Positions 12,732 through 24,630 of a DNA stretch of 64,000 bases are shown piece after piece (position 1 is the stretch's first letter; each line of letters opens with the position of its first letter). Origin of the DNA: Macrostomum lignano (lineage: Eukaryota); assembly GCA_002269645.1 (NCBI GenBank), contig NIVC01001740.1, forward strand, positions 124,001 through 188,000. The letters run 5' to 3'. The translations under genes were made by a program, and so were the position numbers. The notes under the pieces were generated by a model, which was not told where the DNA came from, made no database searches, and worked only from the letters and a program-made list of their open reading frames with translations.

Positions 12732-14060
12732 TTGACTAACTAACTAACTGACTAACTAAATAACTGACTAAGTAAGTAAATAACTAACTAACTGAATAAA
12801 TAACTAACTAATTAACTATCCATCTAATTAACGAACTAATTACTGATTAATTAACTACGAGCGTAACTATCTATCTAAGTACCTACTAAGTGATTTAACT
12901 AACTAACGAACTAACTAACCTAATTTGGGCTGTACAGTTACATCCAATGGTCAGATCACGTGACCCGAGCCCCTATCTTGGCTGGCACAGCCCACCTGAA
13001 AGCGGCCCCGAGCCCAGAAGTAAGCGGCCGGCAGGAGGAAGGCAGCTCCGATCGCCCGACCCCAGGTTCTGTGCAGAAACTCCAGCCAGAAGATGGCTTT
13101 GAAATCGTTCAGCGACATGCTGCCTCGCTCGCGCACGATGTACTCGTACTCCGGGTAGGCCTGGTAGCGCTGGAACTCCCGCTCCCAGTCTGACTGAGTC
13201 ACTGGCGGCAGCTCCTGGATTCCATTGATTATGGATTGGACGCGTGAGAGAGAATATGAGCATGATAAGATTAGAGCCAATAGTAATGATGACTTTTGAG
13301 CTAAAGATGAGATTGGACACACTGTGAGATTAGAAACGCGTTGAATTTGAGGACAAAAGGGACAATTAGCGACAACGATGAGTTTTAGAGCTAAGGGTAA
13401 GATTAGAGTCAGAGTGAGGTAAGAGAAAGGTTAGATTAGATTATTGTTGAGATTAGACTAGGGGTGGGGGAGATAAACCAGAGTGAGATTCAAGTCAGTG
13501 TGAAACTAAAGCTGGGTTAAGATTAGAGTAAATGTGAGATTCGAGTCTAGATTGAGACTAGATTCATGTAAGATAAAGTCATGGTGAGACAACAGTAAGG
13601 ATGAGATAAGCCTGGGTGAGATTAGAGTCTGGGTGAGATCAGAGACTGAGTGAGATTAGAGACACACACAGAAACCCTTAAACACCTTAAACAGCGACCA
13701 GTTGGTCATGCTCAGGCCGGACCTCGTGAGCCGGGTCAGGCCGCCCAGCACAACGGCTCCAGCGGTCATCCCGGCGCAGGTGGCCAGCCAGATGCCGACG
13801 GCGCGTCTCTGGCCAGCGGTGAGATGCGCCACCATCGGGTGCCAGACCGGTGAAGCCGACGGAGGCGCCGACGAGTGGCACCGGCGGATGGCGTTGCCGC
13901 CTAGCGGAGATCGACTCTGATTACGCAATCGATTGCGCAACAGCGAGCCAAACTGGGATTGGCGAGCGTTGGCGGCCAGCAGGCTGCCGGAGTTCAACGA
14001 GCAGCAGCGAACCGTGCTCAGCCCGAGATGGGCCGGCGCTGACAGGTGGCGAATGGCGAA
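10658..14060 (-). CDS. COX15: Heme A synthase COX15; exons 14060-13686, 13214-12996, 11377-10658
   Basis: Motifs [92 protein letters not shown]. All junctions are phase 0 GT-AG; 1314 nt = 438 codons including the stop. Confidence 0.96.
11521..12920. repeat. (CTAA)n microsatellite with CTGA variants in COX15 intron 2
   Basis: About 1.4 kb of taactaac. Confidence 0.96.
13330..13660. repeat. Degenerate gagattagagt repeat in COX15 intron 1
   Basis: Recurrent gattagagt/gtgagatt units; highly diverged. Confidence 0.6.
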
Positions 14061-14171
14061 CTGAGTTGAGGAGAGGGTTAATAAATACAGGCTGTGAAAA
14101 TTAGCGTTCCGTTCCGAACTGGAGGGCACAATTACGATCCCTAAGGTTGAAGAATTTCTCGCCTTAAGTTC

Positions 14172-15240
14172 TTGGGATTCTGATCCCTAAATTCCTGGGA
14201 TTCTGATCCCTAAACAGATGGGATTCTGATCTTTAAACAGTTGGGATTCTGATCCCTAAATTCCTAGGATACAGATCCCTAAATTCCTGGGATTCTGATC
14301 CCTAAATTCCTGGGATTCTGATCCCTAAATTCCTGGGATTCTGATCCTTAAACAGATGGGATTCTGATCCTTAAACAGTTGGGATTCTGATCCCTAAATT
14401 CCTAGGATACAGATCCCTAAATTCCTGGGATTCTGATCCCTAAATTCCTGGGATTCTGATCCTTAAACAGATGGGATTCTGATCCTTAAACAGTTGGGAT
14501 TCTGATCCCTAAATTCCTAGGATACAGATCCCTACATTGCTGGGATTCTGATCCCTAAATTCCTGGGATTCTGATCCCTAAATTCCTGGGATTCTGATCC
14601 TTAAACAGATGGGATTCTGATCCTTAAACAGTTGGGATTCTGATCCCTAAATTCCTAGGATACAGATCCCTAAATTCCTGGGATTCTGATCCCTAAATTC
14701 CTGGGATTCTGATCCCTAAATTCCTGGGATTCTGATCCTTAAACAGATGGGATTCTGATCCTTAAACAGTTGGGATTCTGATCCCTAAATTCCTAGGATA
14801 CAGATCCCTACATTGCTGTGATTCTGATCCCTAAATTCTTGGAATTCTGATCCTTAAATTTCTGGGTTTCTGATCCCTAAATTGCTGGGATTCTGATCCC
14901 TAAATTGCTGGGATTCTGATCCCTACATTGCTGTGATTCTGATCCCTACATTGCTGTGATTCTGATCCCTACATTGCTGTGATTCTGATCCCTAAATTGC
15001 TGGGATTCTGATCCCTAAATTGCTGGGATTCTGATCCCTACATTGCTGTGATTCTGATCCCTACATTGCTGGGATTCTGATCCCTACATTGCTGTGATTC
15101 TGATCCCTAAATTGCTGGGATTCTATCCCTACATTGCTGGGATTCTGATCCCTAAATTGCTGGGATTCTATCCCTACATTGCTGTGATTCTGATCCCTAC
15201 ATTGCTGGGATTCTGTTCCCTAAATAGTTGGGATTCTTGG
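14172..15240. repeat. 23-bp minisatellite (gggattctgatccctaaattcct)n with higher-order structure, immediately upstream of COX15
   Basis: Variant unit taggatacag recurs at 14265, 14403, 14518, 14656 and 14794 (spacings 138, 115, 138, 138 = 6, 5, 6, 6 units of 23). Confidence 0.95.
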
Positions 15241-15779
15241 AATTCCAGCAATCTTGTTTGAGAATTATAAACTATGGATGGAGTTAACACGTGTATTGAC
15301 TCAAATTTAAGTTAATTTCAAAGACATTTAAGCTTCGAGTTTAAAAGGAACTCAGCACCAATGGTTACAGAAATGCCTACTTGAAACTCATAGTTGTTGG
15401 GCCCAGTAAGTTGCAGCTAAATATAAACGAATAAAGTAATTTTTTTAAACGAACTAAAGTTTTAACACTGAAAACGTTCAATGGTTAAAAATTGTAAGCT
15501 TAGTCACAGCCGAAACTTATTGATTTCTGTATACTTGAAAATTTATGAAAAATGGAATGCGCAGAAGTTGGACCGGTGCAAACTTTTTTGTGTCGTGACT
15601 GAAGTCAGCGCCAGGCTAATAAATGTGTAAAGCAATAATGTTATTGTTTTATGTTAGTATTGAAAATGTCAAAGCAAGTCTGAAAGATTCAATATGTGTA
15701 TTTCATGCATAAATCGTCGATTTTATCAAATCTCCCATTAACGGCGGGATTGGATTTAGGCGAATGTGCTTTAGACCCA

Positions 15780-16245
15780 GGATTGGATAGTGAATGTACT
15801 TTGGGGCAGGGAGGGTTAGATTTTGAATGTACTTTAGGCAGGGGAGGATTGGATAGTGAATGTACTTTAGGGCAGGGGAGGATTGGATAGTGAATGTACT
15901 TTAGGCAGGGGAGGATTGGATAGTGAATGTACTTTGGGGCAGGGGAGGATTGGATAGTGAATGTACTTTAGGGCAGGGGAGGATTGGATAGTGAATGTAC
16001 TTTAGGGCAGGGGAGGATTGGATAGTGAATGTACTTTGGGGCAGGGGAGGATTGGATAGTGAATGTACTTTGGGGCAGGGGAGGATTGGATAGTGAATGT
16101 ACTTTGGGGCAGGGGAGGATTGGATAGTGAATGTACTTTAGGGCAGGGGGATTGGATATTGAATGTACTTTAGGGCAGGGGAGGATTGGATAGAATGTAC
16201 TTTAGGGCAGGGGAGGATTGGATAGTGAATGTACTTTAGGGCAGG
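15780..16245. repeat. 33-34-bp minisatellite (tagtgaatgtactttagggcaggggaggattgga)n
   Basis: About 13 tandem units. Confidence 0.93.
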
Positions 16246-17144
16246 TATAAAATAATGGTAAATGTACTTTAGAGAATCTTAGGATTATATATTAAATTAC
16301 ATAGTACAAAGAAAGTAGGGCGCATTGTATTAGCGAACCAAAAAAGCCAGGATCAAAGGCAGCTGCAGTTCCAGCAAGCAGACAGAGACTTTTTCACTTA
16401 TCCGCGAATGCAATAAAATGATTTTTGTTAACAAGTAATAAAAATTAACATAATTATGTAAAATAATTTTTGTTAAAAATAAAATCGATAATTAAAGACT
16501 ACACTAAAAGTGGGCAACTCTAGAGATCATAAAAACATACCAGGTATAATGTTTGTCCAGCAATATTAATTATAACAAATTTATTGATAAATAAAAATTA
16601 TTGAGGTATAATAGTGGAATTTCAGAGGGTATTTTTTGCACTTTAAAATTATAAAAAAGCAAATAAGGAGATATGAAAAATAAGAATGAATGGGATTAAA
16701 GAGGGAACCATTAAACCCGGAATTTTTGCATTACGACAATTTTTGCGCGAATTAAAATTTTTAATAAAAGTAATATGCACAAGAGAATGACTTATTAAGA
16801 AGCACAGAGCACCTAATAATTTTTATTGATTGTTAAGAACCACAATACACAAATAAGACAATTTTTATATATTCATAAACAGCAAAGAGATCGACTTAGC
16901 CAAAATGGAACTGTTTTTTGAACTTTAAAATAAGAACATCATGTACTTTTTTATGCTTCACTTAATATATCTATGGTTAAGAAAGTGTTAGCAAATATCA
17001 ATAACATTATTGTAAACCTTAATTCAACTCCAGTTCCAGTCTATTCATGGGGCAATTCATGGGGTTTTGGTCATAGACAATTCGCAATTTGCAGCAACTA
17101 AGATATGTTGTGCGCTTTCTCAAATCTACGTTCCATATTTTTCT

Positions 17145-17842
17145 CAAGGACGACTTAAGTAGAAGGACGGGAAACCTCGTTTCTTAGAAAAGTTTTGAAG
17201 GCACTTTTTCCCGAAAAAATACACTACGGAGATAGGAAGTTTTCATTTTTTCAGCACAAAAATTGTTATTGCGTTTGATAGGAGGCAGATCCAGTGTTCA
17301 TCTTTTGATATGTTGTGCCTTTTTTATTGCTCTATCGATATTTATAAAGCTTTTCGTTCAGAAAATTAGGATTCTATGTTAATTTTTTATTCTACGTATA
17401 TTTCCTGGATCTAAAAATCACAAAAATGCATGACACAGCTCCAATATTTGGTTTTATGAACCTATTTTATCATCTCTGTTACAAATATTTGCTACACAGT
17501 CGGGTAAGAATGATAAAAAAGACTCATGAAGCTAAAGAGCCGAGCCGTGGCATTCTAATGTATTTCAAGCACAAGACACGCGAAAATATACGTAGAATAA
17601 AAAATTAACATAGAATCCTAATTTTCTGAACGAAAAGCTTTATAAATATCGATAGAGCAATAAAAAAGGCACAACATATCAAAAGATGAACACTGGATCT
17701 GCCTCCTATCAAACGCAATAACAATTTTTGTGCTGAAAAAATGAAAACTTCCTATCTCCGTAGTGTATTTTTTCGGGAAAAAGTGCCTTCAAAACTTTTC
17801 TAAGAAACGAGGTTTCCCGTCCTTCTACTTAAGTCGTCCTTG
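17145..17842. mobile_element. 698-bp non-autonomous DNA transposon (foldback/MITE) with 259-bp TIRs and an 8-bp TSD
   Basis: 17145-17403 is the reverse complement of 17584-17842; termini CAAGG...CCTTG; ATTTTTCT is duplicated at 17137-17144 and 17843-17850. Confidence 0.92.
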
Positions 17843-18265
17843 ATTTTTCTGTTATTAGTATAATAGAGATTCCTGGGATTTCAAGACTGTGTCAATCAAT
17901 TACCCGATGAAAACGGTGCATAGGCCAAGGTGCCTACCAGAGTCGTAGCGCAGATAACACAGGTAAAAATAGGAAAAAAGTGAACCTAGACGACTCTAAA
18001 AGGACGAGATGTCACGGCCCAAAAGTCGCCAAAAAGTTATCAAAGAGTCAATTCTCAAGACTCAACGAGTCAAGAGTCAATACTCAACGTGACGCCCTTT
18101 TGAGTCGCCTCCAGAGTCGCTAGAGTCACTAGTGAGTTCTTTGCAATGACTGTTTGCGACTCTTGTCAAGGTAACGTGGAAAGGCCCAGGGCAGAGAGAT
18201 GTTGGCTTCCCGATTTCCAATCTGACATCCTGGATGTTGAGCCAGGATGCCAGGTGGTACGAGAA

Positions 18266-21200
18266 TTAACTAGCCGCAGATTCGGCAACACCGAATACTA
18301 CGTAGCGAATTAGCGTCCTTGGCAACGGCAATCGGCGAGCCCTAGCAACCAGCGGATCTCCGCAAGCCAGACGCAGCCTCAGTGCGGAGGCCGCCTTCAA
18401 GCTCAGCGGGCCGGAGAGGTCGTCGCGCAGGCGCAGGAAAAACCGGCCCAAACGCGGCTCGCTGGCGGCCAGCTGGTGGCCGGCCAGGTAAGCCGCCGCC
18501 GAGGCCAGCCGGCGCCGCCGGGTGCTCAACCGGGACAGGGTGAGCAGCAGCCTGGCCAAAGCCAAGAACTCCTGCGAGCTGGCGCTGCACTCCATCAGGG
18601 CAAGCAGCTTTCTCACTAGGCGGTCCAGGGCGGTCTCTCTGTGATTGAATGTCACCTTGTTGGACAGGTCGGCTCCGTACACAAGCAGTAGGCGGACCAC
18701 TTCGCACCACGCTGTTACCGCTTGAGCCTGTGTTGGGGGCGAATAGAAAACAGAAATTAGGGCTGGTTGCTATGCGGTTGTCAAGCTACTAGATTAACCA
18801 CGGAGTTTAGATTAACAACAGCCAGTTGCTATGCAGTTGCAATCTACTACGCTCGTAGATTAACTTGGAGTTCCGATAGCCCGTTGCTATGCAGTTGTCA
18901 AGCTGGGGTGCTTTCACAAGGTCGAAATTTCACAACGTCGAAAAGTAAATTATTTCACAAGGTCGAAACTTCACAACATCGAAAACTTTAGCAAGAGACT
19001 TCATAAGGTCGAAATTTCATAAGGTCGAAATTTCACAACATCGAAAACTCAAATAGCAGCCACTTTCACAAGGTCGAAACTTCACAAGGTCGAAATTTCA
19101 CAACATCGAAAAATCTACGACGTTGATGCTTTCGACGTTGTGAAATTTCGAGTTTGTGAAACCCCCCGTCAAGCTACTAGATTAACCCCGGAGTTTAGGT
19201 TAACAATTAGCCATCAAACCGTTGCTATGCAGTTGTCAAGCTACTAGATTAACCCCGGAGCTTAGGTTAACAATTAGCCATCAAACCGTTGCTATTCAGT
19301 TGTCAAGCTACTAGATTAACCCCGGAGCTTAGGTTAACAATTAGCCATCAAACCGTTGCTATGCAGTTGTCAAGCTACTAGATTAACCCCAGAGCTTAGG
19401 TTAACAATTAGCCATCAAACCGTTGCTATGCAGTTGTCAAGCTACTAGATTAACCCCAGAGCTTAGGTTAACAATTAGCCATCAAACCGTTGCTATGCAG
19501 TTGTCAAGCTACTAGATTAACCCCAGAGCTTAGGTTAACAATTAGCCATCAAACCGTTGCTATGCAGTTGTCAAGCTACTAGATTAACCCCAGAGCTTAG
19601 GTTAACAATTAGCCATCAAACCGTTGCTATGCAGTTGTCAAGCTACTAGATTAACCCCAGAGCTTAGGTTAACAATTAGCCATCAAACCGTTGCTATGAA
19701 GTTGTCAAGCTACTAGATTAACCCCAGAGCTTAGGTTAACAATTAGCCATCAAACCGTTGCTATGCAGTTGTCAAGCTACTAGATTAACCCCAGAGCTTA
19801 GGTTAACAATTAGCCATCAAACCGTTGCTATGCAGTTGTCAAGCTACTAGATTAACCCCGGAGCTTAGGTTAACAATTAGCCATCAAACCGTTGCTATGC
19901 AGTTGTCAAGCTACTAGATTAACCCCAGAGCTTAGGTTAACAATTAGCTATCAAACCGTTGCTATGAAGTTGTCAAGCTACTAGATTAACCCCAGAGCTT
20001 AGGTTAACAATTAGCCATCAAACCGTTGCTATGCAGTTGTCAAGCTACTAGATTAACCCCGGAGCTTAGGTTAACAATTAGCCATCAAACCGTTGCTATG
20101 CAGTTGTCAAGCTACTAGATTAACCCCGGAGCTTAGGTTAACAATTAGCCATCAAACCGTTGCTATGCAGTTGTCCAGCTCACTTTGAACGGCGCTAACT
20201 CCAGCGTGGCGGGAGCGCAGGCGACCAGCCGATCTAGCGGAGTCTCTCCGCAACGATTCCTGGGATTCACCCGGCAAGCCCGGCTAAGCAGAAGTCGTCC
20301 TGTGGCGGCCCAGTGCAGCGGCGGATGATGCACCAGGTGAGACACGGGCGCGGCGGGTAGCCGACAGGTGAGGGCCAAAGAGTGGAGCGCCGTGTTGCCC
20401 CGGCTGTTGGCGAGGTCCACGCTGGCTCCGCCGGACTCCAGCAGCAGGCGGGCGACGTCAACTCGAAGGGCGTGGGTGGCGCGCATCAGGGCGCTGAGGC
20501 CGCCGCAGTCGGGCGCAAAACTCGAACCGTCTGATTGCTCTGGGAGGCAGGGTGTGGGATGGTGATTATCGGTATATGTCGGTATGGGAAGAGATTATTG
20601 AGTAGGATAATGACTATCAATGATTATATGAATAATCATTTATCATCGTAATGGGATGATGGTTACGAGTATCAGGTGAGATTATGATTATTAAGTAGGA
20701 TAATGATTATTAAGTAAGATGATGATTATTGAGTAGGATGATGATTTTCAGGTGAAATGATGATTTTTGAGTAGGATGATGATTATCAGGGGAGATGATT
20801 ATTGAGTAGGATAATAGTTATCAGGAAAGATGATTTTTATTGAGTAGGATGATGATTATCAGATGAGATGATGATTTTCATATGAGATGATGATTATTAA
20901 GTAGAACGATAATTTTCAAGTAGGATGATAATTTCTGAGTAGGATAATGATTATCAGGTGAGATGATGATTATTGAGTAAGATGATGATTATCAGATGAG
21001 ATGATAATTATCAGATGAGATGATAATTATCAGATGAGATGATAATTATCAGATGAGATGATAATTATCAGGTGAGATGATGATTATTGAGTAGGATGTT
21101 GATTATCAGGTGAGATGATGATTATTGAGTAAGATGATGATTATTAGGCGGAATGATTATTGAATGGAGTGATGAATTATGGGGTGGGCTGAAATGCTTA

Positions 21201-24089
21201 GTTGACTTTGGCGATGCATTTCATTTACTTTTCAATTCTACACATAAAATCCAACGTTAGGCTGGCATCCTCACCTTCCAGACAGCTGAAGCAGGGCTCA
21301 GTGCTAACCGCGTCTACAGAGGCACCGGCCGACTCCGCAGCCGTATCCAATAGCAACCGGACAACCTCCAGATGTCCCTGACTGACCGCTTTAATTAGAG
21401 GCGTCGAGCCGCGAGCGTCTTGACAAGCGGGCGAGGCGCCAGAGGCCAGCAGGAGCCGGACAGTGTCCAGATGGCCGCGCTCGCAGGCGTGGATCAGTGG
21501 CACCTCGTAGCCGAGGCCGTCCACCGCCGCGCCGAGCGCCAGGAGCTCCTCGGCCAGGCGGCTGTTGCCGTTGGCTGCAGCGTAGCACAGAGCGGTGCGC
21601 CTGCTGCCGCCCTGCAGTTCGACAGACGGGACCGAAGTCACGTGACCCAAGTGCAAAAGTACAAGCGCTTAATTCAAAAGAGAATTAGCATGAACCCGGT
21701 AAAAAAATAACACCTGATAAAAAGCAGATAGAAACAAAGGGAATGAGACAGACACATAAACAGGCGGACAAACAGGAAGGCAGAGACACTAGACAGAAAA
21801 AACAGACACTTGACAGGGGATGACAGGCAGACAATACGGACACATTTAGACACTACAGAGAATTGACAGACACTGCAGACAATTGACGGACAGACACTTG
21901 ACAGAAACTACAGACAATTGACAGAGATACTATAGACACTTGACAGAAACTACAGACAATTGACAGAGATACTATAGACACTTGACAGACACTACAGACA
22001 CTTGACAGAAACTACAGACACTTGACAGAAACTACAGACACTTGACATAGATACTACAGACACTTGACAGAAACTACAGACACTTGACAGAAACTACAGA
22101 CAATTAACAGACACTACAGACACTTGACAGATACTACAGACACTTGACAGATACTACAGACACTACAGACACTTGACAGACACTACAGACACTTGACAGA
22201 AACTACAGACACTTGACAGATACTACAGACAATTGACAGATACTAACAGACACTTGACAGATACTAACAGACACTTGACAGATACTAACAGACACTTGAC
22301 AGATACTACAGACACTTGAGAGACACTACAGACAATTAACAGACACTACAGACACTTGACAGATACTACAGACACTTGACAGATACTACAGACACTACAG
22401 ACACTTGACAGACACTACAGACACTTGACAGACACTACAGACACTTGACAGACACTACAGACACTTGACAGATACTACAGACACTTGACAGATACTAACA
22501 GACACTTGACAGATACTAACAGACACTTGACAGATACTACAGACACTTGACAGATACTAACAGACACTTGACAGATACTAACAGACACTTGACAGATACT
22601 ACAGACACTTGACAGATACTAACAGACACTTGACAGATACTACAGACACTTGAGAGACACTACAGACAATTAACAGACACTACAGACACTTGACAGATAC
22701 TACAGACACTTGACAGATACTACAGACACTTGACAGACACTACAGACACTACAGACACTTGACAGATACTACAGACACTTGACAGATACTAACAGACACT
22801 TGACAGATACTAACAGACACTTGACAGATACTAACAGACACTTGACAGATACTACAGACACTTGACAGATACTACAGACACTTGACAGACACTACAGACA
22901 CTACAGACACTTGACAGATACTACAGACACTTGACAGATACTAACAGACACTTGACAGATACTAACAGACACTTGACAGATACTACAGACACTTGACAGA
23001 TACTACAGACAATTGACAGATACTAACAGACACTTGACAGATACTAACAGACACTTGACAGATACTACAGACACTTGACAGATACTACAGACACTTGACA
23101 GATACTACAGACACTTGACAGACACTACAGACACTACAGACACTTGACAGATACTACAGACACTTGACAGATACTAACAGACACTTGACAGATACTAACA
23201 GACACTTGACAGATACTACAGACACTTGACAGATACTACAGACACTTGACAGACACTACAGACACTACAGACACTTGACAGATACTACAGACACTTGACA
23301 GATACTAACAGACACTTGACAGATACTAACAGACACTTGACAGATACTACAGACACTTGACAGATACTACAGACAATTGACAGATACTAACAGACACTTG
23401 ACAGATACTAACAGACACTTGACAGATACTACAGACACTTGACAGATACTACAGACAATTGACAGATACTAACAGACACTTGACAGATACTAACAGACAC
23501 TTGACAGATACTACAGACACTTGACAGATACTAACAGACACTTGACAGATACTACAGACACTTGACAGATACTACAGACACTTGACAGATACTACAGACA
23601 CTTGACAGATACTAACAGACAATTGACAGATACTAACAGACACTTGACAGAGAACCTACAAACAAGTCACAGACACGTCAGAAACTTGACAGACACTACA
23701 GACACTACACAGAGCGAAACTATTGCCCTGCCTACCTGCACCAGATCCACGGGCCCGCCGCCTCTGGACAGAAACCGCAGCACAGCCTGGGCATCGTCGC
23801 ACCTGGCCCGATAGAGAAACTCCACCCGCCTGGACGAGCCCAGAGAGGCGGGGGCAGCGGACAAATTGGCGGCAGCCTGGCACGGCGAGCCGCACGAAGT
23901 GTTGCCGCCGGCTAGCGAGGCGGGCAGCAGGAGGCTGCACAGCAGGCCGCAGTCGCCAGTGGCCGCGTCCATCGGTGGCTGCTGCTGATCAGGCTGAAGT
24001 CCGCCGCCACCGTCATTGAATAACTGCTGGCGATGCCGATGGTCCAGACTGGGCGCGCTCAGGCTGCGATGGCCAAGACTGCGGGACAT
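18266..24089 (-). CDS. Ankyrin repeat and SOCS box protein (ASB-like); exons 24089-23736, 21611-21275, 20539-20184, 18727-18266
   Basis: Ankyrin repeats (RTALCYAAANGNSRLAEELLALGA, PLIHACERGHLDTVRLLLASGA, STPLIKAVSQGHLEVVRLLL, GNTALH) and a C-terminal SOCS box (PLSLKAASALRLRL...LPLPRTLIRYV). Splice phases 0/1/0 are consistent; 1509 nt = 503 codons. Confidence 0.9.
18770..20175. repeat. 67-bp minisatellite filling ASB intron 3
   Basis: Unit gttgctatgcagttgtcaagctactagattaaccccggagcttaggttaacaattagccatcaaacc (starts at 19221, 19288, ...); about 15 near-identical copies plus diverged copies on the left. Confidence 0.95.
18905..19167. mobile_element. 263-bp MITE nested in the 67-bp array, with an 8-bp TSD
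   Basis: GTCAAGCT is duplicated at 18897-18904 and 19168-19175; imperfect TIRs ggggtgctttcacaaggtcgaaatttcacaacgtcgaaa / ggggggtttcacaaactcgaaatttcacaacgtcgaaa; internal ttcacaaggtcgaaa repeats. Confidence 0.85.
20590..21170. repeat. Degenerate gatgatgattatcaggtga repeat in ASB intron 2
   Basis: Low-complexity gatgatt/gagtaggat units. Confidence 0.8.
21855..23712. repeat. 20-21-bp minisatellite (acagacacttgacagatact[a])n in ASB intron 1
   Basis: About 1.85 kb tandem array built from two 10-11-bp half units. Confidence 0.95.
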
Positions 24090-24139
24090 TGGAGTGCGGG
24101 GATGGCTGTGTTAAATATGATGAAAAGAAATTATTAAAC

Positions 24140-24283
24140 ATAAACATAGACACATAGACACATAGACAGATAGACAGACTGACAGTCAGACAGAAATACA
24201 GACAGACAGACAGACAGACAGACAGACCCGCAGACAGACAGACAGACAGACAGACAGATAGACAGACAGACACTAAGACAGGC

Positions 24284-24315
<32 letters not shown>

Positions 24316-24328
24316 CCGCAGACAGACT

Positions 24329-24359
<31 letters not shown>

Positions 24360-24363
24360 TCGC

Positions 24364-24395
<32 letters not shown>

Positions 24396-24630
24396 TGACA
24401 GACAGACCCGCAGACAGACAGACAGACAGACCCATAGACAGACAGACACACAGACAGACCCGCAGACAGACAGACACACACTCACACAGACAGACAGACG
24501 ACAGACAGACAGATCCGCAGAAAGACAGACAGACACACAGACAGACAGATCCGCGGACAGACAGACAGACACACAGACAGACCCGCAGACAGACAGACAG
24601 ACATACATACAGACAGACACTAAGACACAG
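24140..24630. repeat. (ACAG)n microsatellite upstream of the ASB start
   Basis: Direct reading. Confidence 0.93.

Noticed and set aside
11521-12920. (CTAA)n as an interstitial telomere
   Set aside because: TTAG is not the TTAGGG or TTAGG unit; it is an intronic microsatellite.
19165-20175. Regular 67-bp periodicity resembling a CRISPR array
   Set aside because: The whole unit repeats, there are no unique spacers or cas genes, and it lies in a spliceosomal intron.
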